This document shows positions 35,991 through 44,866 of a stretch of 64,000 nt of DNA, piece by piece. Made by a program: the position numbers and the translations under genes. The stretch comes from Parachlamydiales bacterium (lineage in GTDB: Bacteria; Chlamydiota; Chlamydiia; Chlamydiales; JAJFMK01): positions 872,421 to 936,420 of the forward strand of contig OY969899.1 in NCBI GenBank assembly GCA_963704365.1. The letters run 5' to 3'. Under the pieces are notes generated by a model, which did not search any database, was not told where the DNA came from, and saw only the letters and a program-made list of their open reading frames with translations. Positions within the stretch are counted from its first letter, which is position 1. Each line of letters opens with the position of its first letter.

Positions 35991-37292
35991 TTACATGGCT
36001 TGGATGATATTTGCCAACCTTTGCTGAACTTCTTGCAATGAAGGACGCGCCTTGGGATTTTCGCTGGTCATTTCTACTAACAAATTGGACAAAGTCAAGT
36101 TTTGCCCTTCAGGAATTACCGTGTCGATATATTCACGTATAGAATCAGGTATAGGAAATTCGAATTTGCTGTTCTCTTTTTCTTCTTCCCAAAACATGTC
36201 GACACTGCCACCGGTGACCATTTCAGCAATCAAACATCCCATCTGGAAGATTTGTATCTGTTTTACGATAGACGCAGCTTGCTCTGAAAGTTGGATGATT
36301 TCATCACGTGAAGGTGGAGGATTCCTTTTCCGCAAGGCATCAAATATTGACGACAATTTCTCAACTTCCGCTTGAGAGGTGTATTGAGGGGTAAATTCGG
36401 GGTCATAGGGTTTTCCATTCACATCATTTAGAGCTCTGTCGAAATGAGCTAGAAGCTCTTCATGTGACCTTGTATCACCTGTCCGTGGGAGGTTAAAGAC
36501 CCCATCAAAGTCGGCAATAACAAAACAGGGCTTAACCCCCATCTTAGCTAAAAAATTTTGAATCTTTAAGTCAATGTGGACAACACTCTCTTTTTGCAGC
36601 ACCTCTAGCCCTTTAAGGGAAGATAAAAAACCTTCTAAAATTTCCTTTCGTGTTGGCGGAGGATCGATCGTCTCTTCCCAATGTGCTAGATGCCCTGCAT
36701 AAGCGGCCCCATAGGCAGTTCGACTCTTTGCATCGATCGACTCAAACGGCTTAACCAGCCCCTCGAGCTCCTTTCCGTTGCCATACTTATCAAGGAGAAG
36801 CTGAACAAGCTTGTTTCCCTGTATAAGCTTATCAAATTGCTCGTCGCTGTGTGAGATCTTCCTAACCAGTTGCGTTGTTTTGTGTTTGTTCGTTTGCTCT
36901 AGTTGGAGAACTTCGACCTCTCCTCTTTCAACCTTCCCGGCTTTTCCACGTCCAATTGAAACAAAGGTCTCTTTAAAAACTATTGTAACCTTAGTAGCTG
37001 TGTGTTCCCATACCTTGATATGTTCATCTTCATAACCTCCCTCTTGCCTCGCAAGAAAAAGAGCAGCAAAAAACCTTATCCCAGGTATTACATGCGGACT
37101 TGGACTTTCTCTTAAAAGATTAGCCACCTGACTTGGGACAACATCAATATGTCCAATTTGGCCAAGGTCGGAGGCTATCATCTCTTTTACAGTCTCCCCA
37201 TGCCAAGTCCCTTTGTTCTCAGCCGGTGTAGACCAACCAAGGCGTCCAGGCTCCGGCCCTAAGGGTATATGATCAAAACCAACCTCTGTCAT
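35991..37292 (-). CDS. Eukaryotic-like (Hanks-type) protein kinase
   Basis: Gly loop IGRGKAGKV, Lys in LVRKI, catalytic loop VHIDLKIQNF (HxDLKxxN), DFD in place of DFG (IADFDG), TPQYTSQAE (APE-like), C-terminal ...NPKARPSLQEV. Confidence 0.75.
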   Translation of the reverse strand: MTEVGFDHIPLGPEPGRLGWSTPAENKGTWHGETVKEMIASDLGQIGHIDVVPSQVANLLRESPSPHVIPGIRFFAALFLARQEGGYEDEHIKVWEHTATKVTIVFKETFVSIGRGKAGKVERGEVEVLQLEQTNKHKTTQLVRKISHSDEQFDKLIQGNKLVQLLLDKYGNGKELEGLVKPFESIDAKSRTAYGAAYAGHLAHWEETIDPPPTRKEILEGFLSSLKGLEVLQKESVVHIDLKIQNFLAKMGVKPCFVIADFDGVFNLPRTGDTRSHEELLAHFDRALNDVNGKPYDPEFTPQYTSQAEVEKLSSIFDALRKRNPPPSRDEIIQLSEQAASIVKQIQIFQMGCLIAEMVTGGSVDMFWEEEKENSKFEFPIPDSIREYIDTVIPEGQNLTLSNLLVEMTSENPKARPSLQEVQQRLANIIQAM

Positions 37293-37500
37293 ACCTTCAG
37301 AATGACCTAATTATATTAATCAAATTGAAAGATTTGGAGTGTCATAAAACTGTCTAATGCACTGATATTCTGAAGCTTGAAATTTATTAAGACTTTTTAA
37401 AGTCAATCAAACGAGCGAAATTTCCAATCGACAAGAGACAGCTCTTCATGAATGGAAGGTAACTTCTCAAATAAGAAGGAAATAGGGCATCATCCCTATA

Positions 37501-38085
37501 ATGTTTTCAGGAATTGTAGAGGCTGTTGGCCATGTAGTTGTGGTAGAGGATCGGGGTGAAATCCGTTCTATTGAGATAATTGTCCCTTTTGCTGAGCTGG
37601 CTTTGGGAGAGTCGATTGCAGTAGACGGCTGCTGCCTGACCTGCAGAAAAATCGAAGGGAATAAAGTTGTATTTGACCTCATCCCAGAAACTTTAGAAAA
37701 ATCTACGTTAAAACAATTGAAAGTGGGATCGAGAGTTAATCTAGAACGGGTATTAACTTTGCAGAAGGGGATCAGCGGCCATTTAGTCACTGGTCATGTG
37801 GATGCCACAGGAACCGTTGCTAAAATGGAAGCTATTCCGGGTGGGGGCTGGCTTGTTGAGGTCAGTGCCCCGAAAAAGGTGACTGAGCTTTTAGTTGAAA
37901 AAGGTTCGATTGCCGTTGATGGGGTCAGTCTAACTGTGATTGAGGTTAACAACAGCTTCTTTTCTTTTTCCTTAATACCACACACATCCACCGAAACCAC
38001 TTTGGGGTCTAAAAAGGTTGGCGACAGCGTAAACCTAGAGTCTGATATGTTTGCAAAAATGATCAGGAAGTTACACCATGGATAG
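37501..38085 (+). CDS. ribE: Riboflavin synthase (alpha chain)
   Basis: MFSGIVEAVG..., two lumazine-binding repeats (GESIAVDGCCLT / KGSIAVDGVSLTV), VNLE motifs. Confidence 0.9.
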   Translation: MFSGIVEAVGHVVVVEDRGEIRSIEIIVPFAELALGESIAVDGCCLTCRKIEGNKVVFDLIPETLEKSTLKQLKVGSRVNLERVLTLQKGISGHLVTGHVDATGTVAKMEAIPGGGWLVEVSAPKKVTELLVEKGSIAVDGVSLTVIEVNNSFFSFSLIPHTSTETTLGSKKVGDSVNLESDMFAKMIRKLHHG

Positions 38086-39271
38086 AGTAAGAACAGCCAT
38101 TGATGCCATCCGACGGGGCGATTTTGTCATTGTCGTCGACCATTTAGACCGGGAGAATGAGGGAGATCTCATACTGGCAGCCGAAAAGGCGACTCCTGAA
38201 AAATTGGGTTTCATGATACGCCACACCAGCGGCATCATCTGCGCCTCGTTAAGTTCCTCCAGGCTTCAAGAATTGGGCATCGAGCAGATGGTGCACAACA
38301 ATACGGATCGGTTTAAAACAGCTTTTACAGTCTCTGTCGACCACAAATTCAAGACCACAACAGGCATTTCTAGCAGCGATAGAGCCCATACCCTTACGGC
38401 GCTTGTAGACCCAGAGACAAAACCAAGCGACTTCAGACGTCCTGGGCACATCTTCCCTCTGAGGGCAACGCAAGGGGGCGTTGTTCAACGTCCAGGCCAC
38501 ACAGAAGCTGCACTCGACCTATCCATCTTAGCCGGATTAAAAGAAGGCGGCGTCCTTGCAGAGGTAATGAACGACGATGGAACTGTGGCAAAAGGGGAAG
38601 AGCTAACCGCTTTTGCCCACCGTTTTAGCATACCGATGGTGTCGATCGACGAGTTGATCCATTACAGGCTATCTACTGAAAAATGGGTTGAAATTATATC
38701 TAAAGCCCGTTTACCTACAAAGTCAGGCCTGTTTCAGGTTGTCGCTTTCCGATCCAAACTTGATGGGATCGAACACTTAGCTTTGATTAGAGGTAACTTA
38801 TCAACAGAGACTTCTCCCCTCCTCCGAATCCACTCGGAATGTTTGACTGGCGACGTGTTTGGTTCGTTGAGATGTGATTGCGGAATACAACTAGAGTCTG
38901 CGCAAGAGATGATCCAAAAGGAAGAAGCTGGATTGATCATTTATTTACGCGGACAAGAAGGAAGAGGCATTGGTATTGCGAACAAGATTGCTGCCTATAG
39001 CTTACAGGATGCCGGGCATGACACGGTTGATGCCAATCTTCACTTAGGATTTCCTGCCGATGGACGCAATTACCATATAGCTGCTCAAATTTTGGATGCA
39101 CTCGGAGTGACAAGCGTTAGGCTTCTGACTAACAACCCGAGAAAAGAAGAAAGTTTGAACCGTTTTGGAATCGAAGTGACAGAGAGAATACCGCTCATCT
39201 CACCTATCACCAAAGAAAATGAACAGTACTTAGCTACAAAAAGAGATAAACTAGGCCATGCATTTGTCTAA
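38078..39271 (+). CDS. ribBA: Bifunctional 3,4-dihydroxy-2-butanone-4-phosphate synthase / GTP cyclohydrolase II
   Basis: DRENEGDLI (DHBP synthase) and RIHSECLTGDVFGSLRCDCG (GTP cyclohydrolase II zinc motif). Confidence 0.9.
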   Translation: MDRVRTAIDAIRRGDFVIVVDHLDRENEGDLILAAEKATPEKLGFMIRHTSGIICASLSSSRLQELGIEQMVHNNTDRFKTAFTVSVDHKFKTTTGISSSDRAHTLTALVDPETKPSDFRRPGHIFPLRATQGGVVQRPGHTEAALDLSILAGLKEGGVLAEVMNDDGTVAKGEELTAFAHRFSIPMVSIDELIHYRLSTEKWVEIISKARLPTKSGLFQVVAFRSKLDGIEHLALIRGNLSTETSPLLRIHSECLTGDVFGSLRCDCGIQLESAQEMIQKEEAGLIIYLRGQEGRGIGIANKIAAYSLQDAGHDTVDANLHLGFPADGRNYHIAAQILDALGVTSVRLLTNNPRKEESLNRFGIEVTERIPLISPITKENEQYLATKRDKLGHAFV

Positions 39272-39689
39272 AGTTGCCGTTATTGTCAGTCGATTCAACC
39301 CAGAAGTAACAAATGGACTGCTTGATTCCTTCATATTCACTATGCTTGCTAATGGGTGGAAAGAAGAGCAAATCGAGGTGGTCTTTGTGCCCGGCGCTTT
39401 TGAAATTCCCTTTTTTGCACAAAAAATGGCCCGACAAGGATGCTTCGATGCGATTGTCACCTTTGGCTGCGTAATCAAAGGAGAAACGGCCCATTTCGAA
39501 TACATTTCTGATTCTGTGGCCCATGCGCTGCAGCGTGTTGCTTTGGATGAATCATTACCCGTTCTTTTCGGTGTCCTAACAACCTACACAGAAGAACAGG
39601 CATTGGCCAGAATGGGCAAAGGGGCCGAAATTGGAGAAGCCTTGCTAGATTTGCTTGCAACAGAAACTCATACAAAAATAACGGGATAG
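39258..39689 (+). CDS. ribH: 6,7-dimethyl-8-ribityllumazine synthase
   Basis: VAVIVSRFNPEVTNGLL..., VPGAFEIP, GCVIKGETAHFEYI motifs. Confidence 0.85.
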   Translation: MHLSKVAVIVSRFNPEVTNGLLDSFIFTMLANGWKEEQIEVVFVPGAFEIPFFAQKMARQGCFDAIVTFGCVIKGETAHFEYISDSVAHALQRVALDESLPVLFGVLTTYTEEQALARMGKGAEIGEALLDLLATETHTKITG

Positions 39690-39724
39690 GCAGGCATACA
39701 CTATCTAAAGGAATAAAGAAAAAA

Positions 39725-40074
39725 ACAGGATGAACAGGCATACGCATCAACTTAAGGAACACCAATTTCTCAACAATCTGTTAAAAGCAAATTACTTACA
39801 AAGAACTGTTTAGAAATCAATTTAGTCAAAAACGGCTTAAATCTTCGAAGAAAGGCCCAAGATTACTCTCTGTGCTCTCTGTGAGCTCTGTGGTGATCTT
39901 TTTTTTATTTTTTACCACAGAGCTCACAGAGAGCACAGAGAGAGGATTTTGAATTGCCCCTTCTAGAATAATCGACTCTGATATTCTACTCTTTTTTTAT
40001 TCCATCTATTTGTGGTTAATTAGCTTAGCATCTACCTCTAGGCTTAGGTTGATGCGTATGCCTGATCATCCTGT
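39725..40074 (-). mobile_element. MITE-like repeat, copy 2 (350 bp, inverted relative to copy 1, longest TIRs)
   Basis: Reverse complement of copy 1. Here the terminal inverted repeats extend to about 33 bp (ACAGGATGAACAGGCATACGCATCAACTTAAG ... CTTAGGTTGATGCGTATGCCTGATCATCCTGT). Confidence 0.8.
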
Positions 40075-40170
40075 TATTTTTTTTGATTTGCCTACCCTCT
40101 CTTGCCCCTGTTCTTTGTGTGATTCTCCCATTTCGGGTAAACTTTCCTTCTCGGAAATTGAGATGATGCG

Positions 40171-41565
40171 ATGCAAAAACTAAAAGAGTGGCTATTGCCC
40201 ATTAGAAGTGGTGAATGGGTTCCTGTTTCTCTCATGTTTTTGATCACCTGTCTGATCAACATCAACTACACCGTACTTAGAAGCGCAAGAAATGCGGTCG
40301 TTGTGGTCGACAAAGCTGGCAGTGCCAGCCTGATCCCTTGGTTTGAGCTTTTTGGAACTCTCCCTGCAGCGATCTTGATGACTTGGGGTCTGACCAAGCT
40401 GCTGAAACGGTACTCGATCGCCTCTGTTTTCTATACCACCACCATCGCCTTCCTCACCTTTTTTCTCTTTTACTGCTTTGTAATACACCCCCTACATTTC
40501 TTTGAAACGACCCCCTTCCTGCAACACATCCCTTCCCTTCTATTCTTTGTAGCCTCCGAATTGTGGAAAGTGATCCTGTTAAGTGTTTTATTTTGGGGAT
40601 TTCTCAATCGACACCTGTTGCTCCATGAAGCCAAAAGGTTTTACCCCCCATTAATGCTGGGCGGCAGCATCGGTGCTGTCCTTGCAGGTCCCCTCACGAC
40701 ACTTTGCACTTCCAAAAATATTTGGGCTCTCTATCCCCTCGCTTCTGACCACTGGCAGCATGTTCTGATTGCAATGACCCTGAATCTTTTTGTCATTGGA
40801 GTGGCAGCCCTTTTACTATTTTCAAAACTGGTCAAATGCTTAGAGGGCAGAGAACCATCTGAAGAGAAAGGAAAAAGCGAGCCCCTAACCCTTGGCTCTG
40901 CGTGGAACTACTTTAGAAAATCGCCCCATCTTTGGTACTTAGGGGCTACGGTTTGGGCTGAGTATATTGCTTATTGCCTTGGCGAACTTTTCTTTCTCGA
41001 TAAACTAAAAGTCTTCTACCCCCAACCTGCAGATTATTTTAACTATATGGGCCAGCTAAACCTCTGGTGCGGAGTGTTAACTGCATTGGGATCGATTATC
41101 ATCGCTCCAGCAACTTTGCAACGGTCTAAATGGGTTGTAGCAGCTTTAGTGACGCCTCTTTGCGCTCTAGTAACAGGCTTTGGCTTCTTTGGAGCACTCT
41201 GTTTCCCTTTTTCTTTTGCAGGATTTTCACCTCTTGAGATTCTGATCTTCTTTGGCAGTCTCCATTATTGCCTCTGCCGGTCGGCAAAATATGCCTTCTC
41301 AGATTCTTCAAAAGAGCTTGCCTTTATGGCCCTCCCCCCCGAAGCGCAAGTGAAGGGAAAATTGATCATCGATGGGATTGGTTCTAGGTTTGGAAGGGGG
41401 GCCTCTTCTCTTCTGAGCATCACCCTGATTGCGGTTTGCGGCTCTCTTGCAAAAAGCAGTTGGCCTGCTGGTATCCTTGCCCTATTTTTTACCTTTGTTT
41501 GGGTCCGCGCCTCACAAAAAGTGGGAGAAGGAATAGCCTTCAGGAAAGAGCTAGAAAATTATTGA
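40171..41565 (+). CDS. Nucleotide transport protein (NTT/TLC ATP:ADP antiporter family)
   Basis: 464-aa polytopic membrane protein. The N-terminus (...EWVPVSLMFLITCLININYTVLRSARNAVVV...SLIPWFELFGTLPAAILM) fits the TLC-family pattern typical of Chlamydiae and Rickettsiae. Confidence 0.75.
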   Translation: MQKLKEWLLPIRSGEWVPVSLMFLITCLININYTVLRSARNAVVVVDKAGSASLIPWFELFGTLPAAILMTWGLTKLLKRYSIASVFYTTTIAFLTFFLFYCFVIHPLHFFETTPFLQHIPSLLFFVASELWKVILLSVLFWGFLNRHLLLHEAKRFYPPLMLGGSIGAVLAGPLTTLCTSKNIWALYPLASDHWQHVLIAMTLNLFVIGVAALLLFSKLVKCLEGREPSEEKGKSEPLTLGSAWNYFRKSPHLWYLGATVWAEYIAYCLGELFFLDKLKVFYPQPADYFNYMGQLNLWCGVLTALGSIIIAPATLQRSKWVVAALVTPLCALVTGFGFFGALCFPFSFAGFSPLEILIFFGSLHYCLCRSAKYAFSDSSKELAFMALPPEAQVKGKLIIDGIGSRFGRGASSLLSITLIAVCGSLAKSSWPAGILALFFTFVWVRASQKVGEGIAFRKELENY

Positions 41566-41683
41566 ACCATTCTCTCTCTAGTATTCCTCGACGATCGGCG
41601 AGGAGGCTTACTAAAAGATCTGGTTTTTCAGGACCATTCTCCTCTATACTCTCTGGTTAAAAGTTTTCCCTATTGGACATAAT

Positions 41684-42604
41684 ATGAAATTCTGGACCTC
41701 TCTTTTCTCTATTTTAACACTCCCCTTGATGGCAGCAAACTTGCCAGCCTTGGATGACACCCCTTCATTTAATGATGTGCTAGAAACCCCACTAGAGCCC
41801 CCTTTTGTTACACCGGCTTTTTTCCAAGTGGATGGACGGGGCGATTGGATCCAACCTTCTACTTTGCAAGTCGCTCGGGCCACAACAGAGCGACTGGGAT
41901 ATGCCGAAACAGATGCAAGGGCAGGTTATGTTTTTCCTTGTGGTAGCGGGATGTATTCTGTAGCAGCAGGTTATCAAAAAACTTGGATCACGCTAGAAAA
42001 TGTTTCTCTTTTTGATCGAACTGACTTCCAAAACGCGTATGTCACATTAGGAAGCAAAATTTTTGATGGGGAATGGACCTACCAAGGAGAGTTTCAATTC
42101 AATGCTGACTTAGATTTAGGCTGGAAAAGATGCTATCTCTATTTTTATGGCGGTTGGGCAACCTATGCCTACCTTCCTTGCTTCACAACCTCAGTCGGCT
42201 TTATTGGCCGCTCTGGCCTCCGCCAAGACAAGTTTTGGCCAGTTCTTGGTTTTGAATGGAACATCAATGAACAGTGGGAAATCCATGCTGTTTATCCAGT
42301 TAATATCTCTTTCATCTATCGACCTATTAAACCCCTTGCCATTGCTTTAACAACCCGGTTTATTAATTCAAGACACCGATTAAAAGAAGAAGACATCATC
42401 CCATCAGGGATTTTAGAGTATCGAAATGCTGGAGAAGAATTAGGTATCACCTATACGATGGGGCCTTTTTTAAGTATCAATGCCCATGCAGGTTACATGT
42501 TTAAAGGAGACTTGCAAGTCTCCAACACATATGGAGATGTGCTAACAGACCTTAAGTCTGAAGGCAGCTTCTATGCTGGCGGCAGTGTTCTTATTAGATT
42601 TTAG
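41684..42604 (+). CDS. Putative outer-membrane beta-barrel protein
   Basis: Signal peptide MKFWTSLFSILTLPLMAANLPA. Alternating aromatic/hydrophilic pattern. Terminal ...GGSVLIRF with C-terminal Phe. Confidence 0.5.
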   Translation: MKFWTSLFSILTLPLMAANLPALDDTPSFNDVLETPLEPPFVTPAFFQVDGRGDWIQPSTLQVARATTERLGYAETDARAGYVFPCGSGMYSVAAGYQKTWITLENVSLFDRTDFQNAYVTLGSKIFDGEWTYQGEFQFNADLDLGWKRCYLYFYGGWATYAYLPCFTTSVGFIGRSGLRQDKFWPVLGFEWNINEQWEIHAVYPVNISFIYRPIKPLAIALTTRFINSRHRLKEEDIIPSGILEYRNAGEELGITYTMGPFLSINAHAGYMFKGDLQVSNTYGDVLTDLKSEGSFYAGGSVLIRF

Positions 42605-42633
42605 AGTTTTTAAAGGCATTTGAAATGTGAAAC

Positions 42634-42671
42634 GCCTGCTTACCTCTATTTTAAAACATAGGCAAGCAGGC
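42634..42671 (+). terminator. Hairpin after the OMP gene
   Basis: GCCTGCTTACC (42634..42644) pairs with GGCAAGCAGGC (42661..42671), 10/11 bp, 16-nt A/T loop. Confidence 0.4.
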
Positions 42672-42760
42672 ATTCTGCCCCCAAAAACTCCCAAAATAAT
42701 AATTAACAAAAAAATCCACTTTATTTATAATAATTTTAATTAAAAATAAAACATAAACTA

Positions 42761-42766
42761 TATAAT
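42761..42766 (+). promoter_or_regulatory. TATAAT box 6 nt upstream of the TPR paralog 1 ATG
   Basis: AACTATATAATAGTATCATG. No Shine-Dalgarno sequence. Confidence 0.35.
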
Positions 42767-42772
42767 AGTATC

Positions 42773-44767
42773 ATGTCTTTTCCATCTATTCCTAACGGCT
42801 CCCCAATTAAGGAGCAATTAGCCACTTCCCCTTCTCGATCTCCAAATAAACGTCCACGTTATGGCACGTTAGCAGATAATATCACCGCTTTAGGGCAAGA
42901 AAGAATGGCCAATCTAGGCAATCAACCAACAAGAATTGATCTTCCAAAAGCAACTACATCATCTCCTCTCCAAAATACAGACATTCAAGATGTTACAGAA
43001 GAAAATTTATCGCCTTTTTCAGACAACCAATTCGAAAGGACCCTAAACGCTGCAGAACATTTTTTTCGTTTAGCAAATGAAAACCTTGATTCACAAAACG
43101 AGGAAGCTGCCATCCGCTGTTTATTAGAATGTAGAAATTATTATCAGCAACTTACAGATACAGACAACCAAATAATAGCCTGCAACAGTTATATATCAGA
43201 AATCTATTTAAGCATTGCGCACAACTTCTTAAATGGAGAAAACTACCAAGAGGCAATCATCAAATACACAAAGTCTCTTGAATTCAAAACACTTGAATAC
43301 CAACAATCCATCGCCTATCTCCATCCTGAAGACTATCCAGACGGCAACTTACGGGAATATATTGGCCTTATTTATCATCAATTAGGCGTCTGTCATTTAG
43401 AGCTAGAATCCTTTGAAGAGGCATTCCATCATTTCAACAAAGCATTGGGACATTTAGAAGAAGCGCTTACCCTTCTTCTAAATACCCCTGAAGGCAACCT
43501 GCACAACATCGATGTAGCCAGGGTTGCAATTAGCAACACTCACCTAAGAATAGGTGACTGGTTCTTAAAGCAGCGAAATTTCAAACAGACTCTTGAACAA
43601 TATGAAAAAGCATTGAAGATAGAAAATGAAAGAGACCCAGCGGACCCTAGACGACTCAGCGCTTGTCTATTATCAATAACAGACGCTCATGTGGAATTGG
43701 CAAATATTTGTGAGAAAAATCATGACATTTCTGGGCTCATTCACCACACCGAACGATTACATTCACTTATTCGTAATTTATGTGATGAAACTGGCGAGAC
43801 AAAAGAAAATTTGATCAATATAGCCAATATTTATCAAAAATTGGGAATAGCCTACGGTAGAAAAGATGATTTTTTGGAGTCTGTTAAGCACCTCGAGAAA
43901 GCTTTGGTTTTGCGACATAAGTTATTCGAAATGTCAAATGGATCTGAAGAATCCGCCGCTTCTCTAAACAAAAGTAAAGTGTTGCTGGCTGAAGTCCTCT
44001 GCAATAATACCTATGTTCTCTTAGAAAACGGGGACTTTGACCAAGCCCTCGTCCGCTCTAAAAACGCACTGGAGGTGTTAACTGATAAACAACCTTACGA
44101 TCCTAATCAAATCAATAAATGCTCTCAATTTTTGAAACATACCTATTTCAAGTTAGCTAACAGGTGTTTTGAAAATAACGATTATTTTAGAGGTATTACA
44201 TACTTGAAGGAAGAACTTTCGATCGCAACCTTCTTAAGCAACCTCCTTGGCCAGAACAGAGAGATTAGCATCTGGGTTGCAGATATCCACGAAGCACTAG
44301 GATATGCCTTTTCTAGAACTAAGGACTTTCCCCATGCTATTGAATACTTTGAGCAGGTGCTAGTTTTAAGGAAAAATATTTTCGGATTAGAAGAGCAAAT
44401 TATTAAAGATACTATGCTCAAAGTTGCCGAATTCCATGCTGCTCAAGCAAAAAGTTTAATAGCCATTTACGAAAGCAGTCGTCAAAGTGCAATAAGGGAA
44501 AGTGATCAACGTTTGCAACGTATTAAAAATAATAGACATATCCTCCACAAAGAAAGAAGACCTCTTATAGCCAAACAAAATGAGGAAAGAGTGAGAAATT
44601 TTAACAGGTTGATAAGCGAACACAATAGGGCTGCTTTTCAAAGCACTAAGCTTAAAGTCGGCCAACATAGGATTCGCGCTCTTGAGATGCTTGCTCTCGT
44701 TAAGCCAATCGAGGATCCTCAAGTTCAAGAAATGCTTAGACTTGTTGCGCAGAACTTAGCTGCTTAA
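42773..44767 (+). CDS. TPR-repeat protein, paralog 1 (664 aa)
   Basis: Ser/Pro-rich N-terminus followed by kinesin-light-chain-like TPRs (NIANIYQKLGIAYGRKDDFLESVKHLEKALVLRHKLF...). C-terminal motif KPIEDPQVQEM. Confidence 0.8.
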   Translation: MSFPSIPNGSPIKEQLATSPSRSPNKRPRYGTLADNITALGQERMANLGNQPTRIDLPKATTSSPLQNTDIQDVTEENLSPFSDNQFERTLNAAEHFFRLANENLDSQNEEAAIRCLLECRNYYQQLTDTDNQIIACNSYISEIYLSIAHNFLNGENYQEAIIKYTKSLEFKTLEYQQSIAYLHPEDYPDGNLREYIGLIYHQLGVCHLELESFEEAFHHFNKALGHLEEALTLLLNTPEGNLHNIDVARVAISNTHLRIGDWFLKQRNFKQTLEQYEKALKIENERDPADPRRLSACLLSITDAHVELANICEKNHDISGLIHHTERLHSLIRNLCDETGETKENLINIANIYQKLGIAYGRKDDFLESVKHLEKALVLRHKLFEMSNGSEESAASLNKSKVLLAEVLCNNTYVLLENGDFDQALVRSKNALEVLTDKQPYDPNQINKCSQFLKHTYFKLANRCFENNDYFRGITYLKEELSIATFLSNLLGQNREISIWVADIHEALGYAFSRTKDFPHAIEYFEQVLVLRKNIFGLEEQIIKDTMLKVAEFHAAQAKSLIAIYESSRQSAIRESDQRLQRIKNNRHILHKERRPLIAKQNEERVRNFNRLISEHNRAAFQSTKLKVGQHRIRALEMLALVKPIEDPQVQEMLRLVAQNLAA

Positions 44768-44853
44768 ATAGAAACAAAGTATTGACCGATGTAATTAACA
44801 GGTTAATTGCGACACTACTAAACATAAATATTTATTTTAACAATAATTATATA

Positions 44854-44859
44854 TATAAT
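44854..44859 (+). promoter_or_regulatory. TATAAT box 7 nt upstream of the TPR paralog 2 ATG
   Basis: TTATATATATAATCATTACTATG. No Shine-Dalgarno sequence. Confidence 0.35.
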
Positions 44860-44866
44860 CATTACT

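Noticed and set aside
37293-37500. Expected FMN (RFN) riboswitch upstream of ribE
   Set aside because: The region is AT-rich and lacks the conserved GC-rich RFN cores. No riboswitch-like structure could be seen.
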